DNA of 64,000 bases, taken from assembly GCF_004010195.1 (NCBI RefSeq), contig NC_057718.1:51355941-51419940 (forward strand). Reading direction: 5' to 3'. This DNA is from Chiloscyllium plagiosum (Eukaryota). A program made the translations under genes and the position numbers. This document shows positions 51,803 through 62,269 of the stretch, piece after piece. Every line of letters begins with the position of its first letter. The stretch's first letter is position 1. The notes under the pieces were generated by a model. That model was not told the origin of the DNA. It made no database searches and saw nothing but the letters and a program-made list of their open reading frames with translations.

Positions 51803-54800
51803 GATGTTCCCTGAGAAAAAGATTTGCATCCCCCATGTAACAAATGTCACAACTGTATACAGCCCATTACTTCAAGTCTGCCTCACAGTTTTCTATTCCT
51901 GCTGTCTTCTTCTGCTAGGAAATCCACAGCATACTTTTTTTTAAAAATCCAGTCAGTGCAGTGTGTCTGTTCCCAGCTGGTAAAACATAACTACCTGCAT
52001 CTCCAACAGTAGTTACTAGGTTCCTTTATGATAATACTCCAATAGATCCAGGACTGAGACTGCTGAGGATATTTTTGTTCTCTCCCTACATAAGGCACAT
52101 CATCATCCACTGGGCATTCAATACCATTTAAATTTTACAGGATGGCATTTCACAATGCTGTAAGGGAAATTAAAATGCTTCCTCAATCCAGTTACAGCCT
52201 AGGAAAAAAAATGTAACACACACAGCACAGCACTGTGTCTGACCAAAGCCACCCAATAAATTGCCTGCTCTCCAATCCGAATACAGTAGTCAGGTTAGTG
52301 AGAATAATGCCAGAGGATATTCCTCACTGAATTGTGTATACTTATGAAAGGACCTGGAACAGACCATGCTGGTGAGAAGGCTATGCAAATCTGCAGTCTC
52401 AAAACAGCAAATCACTGAAGCTTGGATGCATTGCAGAGGAAGAGCCTATTTTAAAATAGGGATTCTGAAATATGCTAGGATATTCAAGCTTGCTCGTATT
52501 TAAAAAGAAGACTAGGATATGCAGAATCTGAAGCAAAAGAAATACTGAGAGAAAATTACAATGTTCGTTTTGACTCATATTGAATATCATATTGCATTGC
52601 CAGTTTATGAAAAAATTTCTAATCTCCCCCAGGAAGATAGTTCAGAGGTTCCAATATCCTCAGATACAGACCATCCTCAGTTAGTCCTTTACAATTTTTA
52701 AACGAAGGCAGGCATTGTTGTGATTGGTCAGAAGCCTCCCTGCACGGTCCACCAGGTGCTCAATCCAAAGCTACTAAATATGCCTCGACACAAACTACTC
52801 ATCCATCATTTTTGATGATCTTCTAATTGTACAGTCAACTTCACAAAGGAACACCTCTCTCCCTTTCACTGACAGATATTCCAGTGCACAACCTTAGAAT
52901 AGAGATAGACACAACGCTGCTGATAAAAGGGAAATGTTCGATGAAAATACTTCCTTTTGAAAACGCGAAATTTTGTTCACAAGCGTTGCTGAAAAAAATT
53001 CCCTTCATTGTTTTGTATTTTTTCAATACCGATCTTGCTGAAATAAATCTCCCCTGAGAAAGATGTGTTTATCTTGACAGGTGTTTGTGCGATCAGCAGC
53101 ATCTCAAAGGCATTGTTATTCATTGCTGTGCAATAGAAAATACTAAATCTGCAAATTAATGTACTTATTGAATTACATTCTAAATAACATTAAAAGAAGA
53201 AATATAACATTAGAATAACTTATTAGTGTCTCTGCAATGTTATATGTATGTTAAATTTACTATATCCTCCATAAAAGATATGAAAGAAACACTTCTACCA
53301 TGTGTAACAGAAGTAATGTTAACCATTGTGTAATCGCTGAACATGAAATCAACATTGTTTCTTTTGTCCCCAATCTTTTAAATGGAATATGCTCCACAGC
53401 AACTAAGCTTAAGTTGGTTGCTACTTCAATCAATTCTTTTGAGTATTGCTGCAAAGATCCATACAAAACACAATAGCGTGGCAAGGTCCCTTTTGGAAAT
53501 GGTTTTATAAATAAGCTCTGGAACTAATTTTTATTAAAAATACAGGTCCATCATCTTTACACTGAAATAAACACACACTTTTGACTACGGTTGACAGCTT
53601 CTTTGTTTTCCTTAGCAGGTTTTTCACCGGTACTCACGAATGTGGTCTCAGATTGAATTTATCATTTCATAGTTCAGCAATGTGTTTTACTTATTTCAAG
53701 GTCAGTCCAAATGATCCGCCTAAGGCTACAGCCAGATGAGTTAGAATACATTGTTAATGTTTTCTTAAACTCTGAATGTTTAGAAATGAGTACATTTTAG
53801 GCATTGAGAATACAATGAGCTTCTAATAAGACAGGTGTGGGATTTAATTGTTATTTTCCTTTACCATGAAATCAGAATTTGAATTCACTTTATGAATAAA
53901 GATATTTTCTTTGTTTAATTTGTGAAAACATTCCAGGAAAATCCAAAGTAGTTTTGTTTCTGGTCGATCTTAAGTCAAAATATTCATATTTTCTTTCCAT
54001 CAGGTTTTTGAGAGTTAACAATCGTTATTATGAAATACTGAAGCTGAGCTTGATTAGCCAATGACGTGCAGATTATGACAATAGCTTAGATGTTTTCAAG
54101 TCTGTGTGCCATATGCTACTTTCTGCAAATCGCTTTTCCCCCAACCCTTTCTGATTTGGTCAAGCAAAGTTGCATTTCTCCTTCACTGCTTTAGTTTGAG
54201 CTGAAAATGCTACCAAAATAAACCAGCTACATTTCTTCAAACCGTTGATCACAGGAACAGAGCCTCCAACCACCTCCACTCAACTAACAAACAACAAATG
54301 GATGAGCATAGCACATCTTCTGGATCCTTATGGCCTAGTGCAAATTACCAAGGAAGCTAACAGATTTCTCTTCTTTGAAAAGAGCCAAAAAGGAAAAGTA
54401 AAAATAAAACTCGATTATCACTGCAAATGTTACAGGTGGCGGAGGAGAAAGGTGGGTGGTTGAGGACTAAGTAATGTTGAGAAAATGGATTACAGTGCAC
54501 TACTTGTATGCAGAGGAGAAGGAAGTAGGTGCCAAATGAGGGGAGGAATAATTTAAAGAGCAATGTAGGCTGATCATGGTACAGGCAATTCCCCACTGAG
54601 TGCTATGAGGTACTGGTTCATAATATCGCCTGCTTTTTAATGAGTCGCTGCTAGGAAAAAGACTGAGTAAAATCCCCTTGTGTCATCTTCTCAAAATCTT
54701 TAAAATCTCTGCATTCAATTCCACAAATTTAGAATTTCTATTTTAAGTTACTTGCAATACAAATGATTGATCTCTTGAGACTTTAGTTGACATGAGGTAT

Positions 54801-55500
54801 TAAAAAAAGTACCACTTTCTTGTGAAAAGAAAAGAAAGTGATTGAACTTGTCATACTGATAAACAGTCATACCTCATATAATTATACTCAAGTTGGAGAG
54901 AAAGTAGGGAACAATTCACAGCAGGATTGTCCAAATTTAATTTGCTTTTCTTTACTTTTGTAAAGCTGAACAAAAACATTCAATTTTAATAATCAATTTA
55001 AGAAACAAGGAAAGTAGCAGCTAAATATTAAATGGTGCTCATATTGAGTTTGAACTGTGTATGTTAATGAACATCTGATCTGTTTGGTGGATATTGGAAG
55101 ACCGAGTTTTTGAGCCCTCTGCAGGTTGCAAATAAACTTTTCACTCATACGTTCCAAGTGAACAAGAGGCCATCAAAGTACAGTTTTAGAGACTTCACTT
55201 AAAAACACATTTATACAGATCGATGCCTATAATATTCAGAATTATCACTTTAAAAATAAATTGCAGTTATTGTAAAAATGCTGCTGCTGTGTTAATGTTA
55301 AGAATTCCTGTAAGGTGGCACAATTATGCATAGCCTGATTATGTGAAATAATTAAAGAATTCAAAAAAGGGACATCCATCCCCAAAGGAGAATAGTGTCA
55401 AGCAGTAAGTGTCAATAAGTTTTCATAACCTTTTTAGTTGGAATAAAATGCTATTTTTAGTGTTCCATGAATAAGAAACAATAGCTTCAGTGAAGCTGCA
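51803..55500 (-). promoter_or_regulatory. Putative NRXN1-beta 5'UTR and internal promoter region
   Basis: Directly upstream of the beta ATG and repeat-free, with a local rise in CpG around 52700-53100. Motifs: ACCAATCA on minus strand ~52721-52728, TGACTCA (AP-1) 52571-52577, AGCCAATGACGT ~54056-54067, CTATTTTTAG (MEF2 consensus) 55451-55460. The TSS cannot be placed. Confidence 0.55.
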
Positions 55501-56062
55501 TACTAACACAGGGCCATGTCAAACCACAATATTGACAAACAAAAATCAATGTTTCTGTCCTCTGGAACAAAGTAGTGAACACCGCATTGACTTGGTGATA
55601 GCACAAATTTGATGAATACAATCCAGCTGGGGCTTCACAATTTTGTGTTCACCACTGCCTGGTAAAATTGCAAGAACTTTAAGTTTTTACAAGCTCTTTC
55701 AAAACTGGGTTTAAAATTGTAATACATTTTATATATTAATGGGTTGTGACAATACTTACAACAGCGTCAAGTCAGTTAACTAATTAAAGAGGGATAGAAG
55801 ATTTACGAGGAGGTTTTGTGGGCTGGAGAGCCTTAGGCTGGGGTTGTTTTCCTTAGAGCAGAGGAAATTGAGGAGGGACATGATTGAAATGTGTAAAATT
55901 ATGAGGGGCATAGATGGATGATCTGACTTTGAGTGTGAAGTTGACAGTTACCATGGTTGAGGAAAAGAAAAGACAAGCTATCAATAAGGGAACTAAGAAA
56001 GCAGTGATGGGGCCATCAGTGAAGATCAACAAGAGGAGGAGAAAGTGTGGGAAAGAAAGTTA

Positions 56063-56291
56063 AGGGAAGAAAGTGAAGACTGAAGATGCTGGAGATCAGA
56101 GTCAAAAGGTGTGGTGCTGGAAAAGCACAGCTGGTCAGGCAGCATCTGAGGAGCAGAAGAGTCGACATTTCGAGCATAAGCTCTTCATCAGACATTCCTG
56201 ATAAAGAGCTTATGCTTGAAACATCAACTCTCCAGTTCCTCAAATGCTGCCTGACCAGCTGTGCTTTTCCAGCACCACACTTTTTGATTCA
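56063..56291. mobile_element. Fold-back Penelope-derived element with two back-to-back hammerhead motifs
   Basis: About 92-bp arms 56100-56191 / 56198-56290. Minus core CTGATGA-A-GAGC-TTAT-GCTC-GAAA-TGTC; plus core CTGATAA-A-GAGC-TTAT-GCTT-GAAA-CATC. TSD GGAAAGAA(A/C)GTTA at 56050-56062 and 56292-56304. Confidence 0.85.
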
Positions 56292-56777
56292 GGAAAGAAC
56301 GTTACTCCATCTACAAAGTGATGAAGCAGGTTCACCCTGAAACTAGCATCTCCTCCAAAGCTATGAGCATCATGAACTTGTTAGTTAATGATATTTCTGA
56401 GCACATCCTGCTTAGCTCATTATAACAACCGCAGCACCATCAGCTCTTGGGAGATCTATCATGTGCCTGCTGCTGGCCGGGGAGCTGGCAAAATACATTG
56501 TGTCAGATCGGCTAAAGGAAGTGGCCAAGTTCGAAGTGAAACATCATATTGCTCTGAAAACAAAACACGTACAGACCAGGAACCTTTCCTCTTGGTAAAA
56601 AATCAATGATCAGGGTACAAGTGGAAGCTAAGGGATGGGAGGCTTAGAGGAGATATGAGGAAAACTTTTTCATCCAGAGGGTTGTGGGAATTTGGAAATC
56701 ACTACCTCCAAGATTGGTAGAGGCAGAAACACTCTTAACATTTAAGAAAGATTTAGATGTGCATTTGCAATGCCATG

Positions 56778-56865
56778 CTGAAAGATGTGTTTCTGGGAAA
56801 GCGCAGCAGGTCAGGCAGCATCCAAGGAGCAGGATGTTTCGGGCATAAGCCCTTCTTCAGGAATT
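56778..56865 (-). mobile_element. Short Penelope-derived insert with hammerhead motif
   Basis: Minus strand ATTC-CTGAAGA-A-GGGC-TTAT-GCCC-GAAAC-ATC at 56833-56864; possible TSD CCATG. Confidence 0.7.
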
Positions 56866-58463
56866 CCATGGCATGCAAGGCTATGGGCCAAGTGATAGAA
56901 CACAGGATTAGAATAGTTAGGTGCTTGTTTTGACCTAACCTGCAGACTTGATGGACTGAAGGGCCTTTTGCTGTGCTGTCGACCTCTTTGACTCTATGAC
57001 ACTAAGATGTTTCAATTTTACTTCTGGCAGAGTAGAAATTCTGACAGACTGGGCTAAAATTGAGAGCTACTTCAGAATCTACTGAACTTACCTACATAAG
57101 TACATTGAAACATAGTGAACTCACAGAGAGAAGGTGCTGCATATGCAGGTTCACAGACAGCACATATAAGATTAAGGTAAATGCACCTTGCCTAATTATA
57201 GGTTCAAGAAAGATTCTATGGTGAGCAGGCAGAGAAGATGTAAGCCAAGCAAAATGAAGTTGAAAACCTCTCATTTTAGCACTTGAAATTAGTCCCCACA
57301 CAATGGAAAATGTTAATTAGGCCAATTCAAACACTTCTATATGAAGTGGTAATTAAAAATACTGCAGCTATTCTATTTGAATTAATTCTAATAATGATGA
57401 GGTAAGTACATAATTTCCAGAAACATTATACTATTATGTACTGGAAAATATAAAGGTTTTCCAGGCTTGTGTCCAAAATGGCAACCAGTTTTCCATTTCA
57501 TGATAGCATATTGCAATAAAAATGAGGTGAGTCACTCTGCTGGGAATATGGGTCTATTTTGACTTTCAGCTGACCACCAGTGGAACTCTATTTTAGACAA
57601 TTACATCACAAATGAATTTCTGAGTAACTCATTAACAGGATTCCAGGAGAAAAGGCAAGGAAGTCAACTACATTGTTTAACTGAATAGGAGCAACTGGAA
57701 ATAAAACGGACTCATGGTATCTCAGAAATGTTTTAAAACTTGGGTTACATTAAATGACTAAAATGTTAAAACATAACACACTTTGTGGTGGAAAATTTAT
57801 TTTGAAGTAATTTTATTTTCACTTTGTGTCTTCCACAAAATTGACCATGAAAATAATAGTGAGGCTAACAGTGCTGAACATTATGCACACATAAATCAGA
57901 TAGCACTTTGGGCAAAGGTCACATGTACTATTATACTCAAACATCCAGAGGTTTCTGTCTGTGGTATATCTTTCCTCCATGCTCTGAGTAAATGTGACAT
58001 TTTACTGTTCGACACTCGACTGATATTTAGTTCCCATAGTGCTGTTTCTGATGTCAACTAAACTCCCCAATAGGCACAAGCATAAATAATAAAACAGCTT
58101 CCCTCTGTATGTCATTGGTCTATAGGCAGAATCTTTAGCTCTCATTGATAACAAGCTGGGAGGCATTTAATGAGTTGGGATAGCATCCTATCTGAAGAAT
58201 ATCTCCTTCCTGCCTCTAATCAGAATTTTAAGTTCTTACAGGAAGGCCCATGGTTGAACTTCCAATTCCGCTAACAATTGAGACCATGAAATGGGCAATT
58301 TAGGACTGCTTAAGGGCCTCATCCTGCCACTGCTGGGATTAACGTGGCTACAATGGAGTCTGTTGCCATGCACCATGCATTTTAAGGGCCAACAGCTCTC
58401 ATATTCAGCAGCACCATGGAGTCGGCTGTGGCTTTTGCTGGAAGACCACCCAGGTAAAGTAAT

Positions 58464-58757
58464 TGTGTGTGTTTGTGTGTGTGTGTGTGTATGTGTGTGT
58501 GCGTATGTGTGTGTGAATTTGTGTATCTCTGTATATGCCTGTGTGTATCTCTGTGTGTGTGCGTGTGTATTTGTATTTGTGTCTGTGTGTGCATATGTGT
58601 GTGTGTGTTTGTGGGTGTATCTCTGTGTGTGTGTCTGTATGTCTCTGTGTATGTCTGTGTGGTTCTGTGTACGTGTGTGTTAGTGTTTGAATGATTATGT
58701 GTGTTCGTGTCTGTGTGTGTCTCTGTGAGTGTGTGTGTCTGTGTGTCTGTGTGTGTC
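58464..58757. repeat. Imperfect (TG)n microsatellite
   Basis: About 290 bp of degenerate GT dinucleotide repeat. Confidence 0.95.
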
Positions 58758-58765
58758 TTGGGAGG

Positions 58766-58870
58766 GAGTCATAGAGATGCACAGCATGAAAACAGACCCT
58801 TCGGTCCAACCCGTCCATGCTGACCAGATATCCCAACCCAATCTAGTCCCACCTGCCAGCACCTGGCCCA
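58766..58870 (-). mobile_element. CR1 3' tail only
   Basis: Reverse complement of the ~380-485 tail. Confidence 0.85.
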
Positions 58871-59074
58871 TTGGTAGTTTCTCTGGTTGTGTCCTGGGCA
58901 AAGCATGGCAGGGAAGTCAAAAGCATTGACAGAGTTTGGCTGCCAGTGGACAGCTCTTTGCCTTATATCCATTTGTCCATTCTTTCAACCAAGTACTAAA
59001 TGCCTATGATCAAGAGACATTATAGGGTTGATATCTATTCATGACCACTTAAAGGCCTCACCTGGCAGCAGGGT

Positions 59075-60165
59075 GAACATAGAACAGTATAGCACAGAAC
59101 AGGCCCTTCAGCCTACGATGTTGTGCCGACCATTGATCCTTATGTATGCACCCTCAAATTTCTGTGGCCATATGCATGCCCAGGAGTCTCTTAAATATCC
59201 CCAATGACCTTGCTTCCACAACTGCTGCTGGCAATGCATTCCATGCTCTCACAACTCTCTGTGTAAAGAACCCACCTCTGACATCCCCTCTATACTGTCC
59301 TCCAACCAGCTTAAAACTATGACCCCTTGTGTTAGTCATTTCTGCCCTGGGAAATAGTCTCTGGCTATCGACCCTAGCTATGCCTCTCATTATCTTGTAT
59401 ACCTCAATTAGGTCCCCTCTCCTCCTCCTTTTCTCCATTGAAAAAAGTCCGAGCTCAGTCAACCTCTCTTCATAAGATAAGCCCTCCAGTCCAGGCAGCA
59501 TCTTGGTAAACCTCCTCTGAACCCTCTCCAAAGCATCCATATCTTTCCTATAATAGGGCGACCAGAACTGGACGCCGTATTCCAAGTGCGGTCTAACCAA
59601 AGTTTTATAGAGCTGCAGCATGCTCTCACGACTCTTAAACTCAATAACCCTGTTAATGAAAGCCAAAACACCAAATGCTTTCTTAACAACCCTGTCCACT
59701 TGGGTGGCCATTTGTGTCATCTGCAAACTTGCTGACCCATCCTTCAATCTCCTCATCCAAGTCATTAATAAAAATTACAAACAGTAGAGGCCCAAGGACA
59801 GAGCCCTGTGGAACACCACTCACCACAGACTTCCAGGCAGAATATTTTCCTTCTACTACCACTCGCTGTCTTCTGTTGGCCAGCCAATTCTGTATCCAGA
59901 CAGCTAAGTTCCCCTGTATCTCCTGACCTTCTGAATGAGCCTACCATGGGGAACCTTATCAAATGTCTTGCTGAAGTCCATATACACCACATTCACAGCT
60001 CGACCCTCATCAACTTTTCAAGTCACATCCTCAAAGAACTTGATAAGGTTTGTGAGGCATGACCTGCCCCTCACAAAGCTGTGTTGACTGCATTTAATCA
60101 AGCCATGCTCTTCCAGATGATCATAAATCCTATCCCTCAGAATCCTTTCTAACACCTTGCAGACG
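59075..60165 (-). mobile_element. Young CR1 LINE fragment with internal deletion
   Basis: [41 protein letters not shown], then a jump to [41 protein letters not shown]. Confidence 0.92.
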
Positions 60166-61257
60166 ACGAGTGGGTGGACACCACAGACCTTCCTGCCTTG
60201 ACATAATTCTTGTGCTGTTCGAAGACGGTTGGGTTGGGTATGACAGCTACTTGCCTAATTAAATGGTTTTCCCAACTCCAAACTCAACACCTCCAGGAGC
60301 ACAAGATTCCAGCCAAACTTAGACATCATACAATTTAAACTATTTACAGAGTAACCTGAAATTAGGGTATTAATGTGCCACTTACAAGTGATTAAACCAC
60401 TTGGTATTAGAGAAATACATCATATATTGCATCAGAAATGGGACATAAGTTGTGATTCTCTGCATGGTGAGAACCTGTCTGTCTGGAAAGTAATTAAGTG
60501 GAAGAAAATTTCTAAATAGTGAAGGAAAGGAGAATAGAAGGTAAGACATTTCATTGCACTTTTATTCAACATATAGCTGTTAGCTTGTTAGTGATGACAC
60601 TTGGGGATTTCTCCAAGCCATTTTATTGTATCGGGAATATTATATAGCAGAAGGAACCTCAACCAAGAAATAGCTATATGTATGATATTAGGTTGGTGTT
60701 TTGTTCAGAATTCAGCAGGACTTTGCATGTGCACTAAAGATGCAATATATCATTTTGTCTCTACAGTGTTGCTGGCACAAATGAAAAGCACATTTGTCAG
60801 AAGGTATCCTAAAAATGTATCATTTTGTTAGTCTGCTTTCTATTCAGTGCACAGTAAACCACATTGCAATTTGGAAACCGATCAGTAAAACCAATTAAAA
60901 AGAAATGATCAACAATTTTGGAGATTACATGTTTGAAAATGCTTACAAACACTATTATCATGAAAATTGCAGCAGACTACAATGATACCACATTAGCTCA
61001 GTCAAATCAAGCTCATCTTTACAGATGTCAGTCTTTGCCTGACGGAATTTTCTGTTTCAATGTAATGATAGTTATTTGGAAAACAGGAATAGAGTTTTCT
61101 TGTAGAGGCATGATAGCTCCAAAGAGTAATTCTGAACAGATTGGGAGTGGGAGATCAGTTAGGGGAGCTACTCAGCTGGAGGACTTTCAATGAAAAATGA
61201 TGGGGGTAGTCATTGAATGTTAGAGTGGACACATTCGAACTGAAATTCACCATAATG

Positions 61258-61420
61258 TGCTCTCTCATTGGAGAAAGATTACTGGTGGTGAGGGCCACTG
61301 CACCTCAGGCAAGATTGAAAGAGCACAGTCTTCACAGTGACTTCAGCCAGTGTCAGAACCGAAGTGTCACTGGTAGTGTCACTCCATATTGGAAACCAGC
61401 AATCCTGCCAACTCAGAGAC
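61258..61420 (-). mobile_element. tRNA-derived SINE, same family as 44900-45125
   Basis: tctctcattggagaaagattactggtggtg..cacctcagg is the reverse complement of the 45030-45090 body. Confidence 0.55.
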
Positions 61421-62269
61421 AAACACCAAGAAAGTTCTAAGTTACACTCTAATGATATTGATTGCTATGTCTTCACCATGATATATAGGGAATCTTTCAA
61501 ATTGAAGGAAACTATTTCTGATGAGAAGTCTGGGATAAGATAGAAGAATCAAAATATTATAACCATATTAATCAGGAGTGAAATTAGGTTACAATCTTAG
61601 AAAGGATGTTAGAGGTTTGGGACTCCAAAATGACAAATAAAGATAGGTCAATTTTATATTGGATTGCTATACAACTGCTATTCAAAAGTATTGGGGAATA
61701 GGAACATAGAGTTATGCCATAGATCATCCAGGATTTTATTGAGTGAGAAACAGACTCGAGGGATGAATATTCCATTCCTGTTTTGATGTTCCTAAAGGGG
61801 CACCTTAACCATGCAAGTGATCACTAGCCAATGGGTTAAATCACTATGACTCTAAAAAGCAATCAATCCATGAGAGGTGTAGGCCAGTGAGTCTGGTAGA
61901 ACACCCACTCCACATAAATTGCAGTAAGATTCAGGAGCAACAATTTGCCTTAATAGAGTATCTTTATGTGGGAAATAAATGCCCATAGACACTGCATGGG
62001 AACATATTGGCTGGATTTCATCAGAGGTGGGCTATCTTGCATTCCTGAAGAGTCAACAGGGGAACACAGCAATGCCAAAGTAATTTGCTGCCTCCCTCAG
62101 AGAATAGCCAGTCACAAGCAGCTCTGATATCCCTGCAGTGTCAGTGACTGGGTTTACAAGGAGTCCCAGATTCAAATCTCTGCACTCGCCTACTGAGAGG
62201 CACCGCACAGGACAGTCTATAAGGTTGCCAAATATATCAATAAATGTGAGAATTGGGAGTTTTATAGAA

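Larger units (their letters stand above)
55790..57000 (+). mobile_element. CR1 LINE 3' end broken by later insertions
   Basis: LGLFSLEQRKLRRDMIE..KIMRG at ~55840-55915, resuming at ~56570 (FFIQRVVGIW) to the tail gactctatgac at ~57000. Confidence 0.7.

Noticed and set aside
58402..58425. REST/RE1-like CAGCACCATGGAG
   Set aside because: The right half-site (GGACAG) is mismatched and the site seems to lie in a repeat.
58291..58836. Cys/Val- and His/Thr-rich ORFs
   Set aside because: Translation artefacts of the (TG)n microsatellite.
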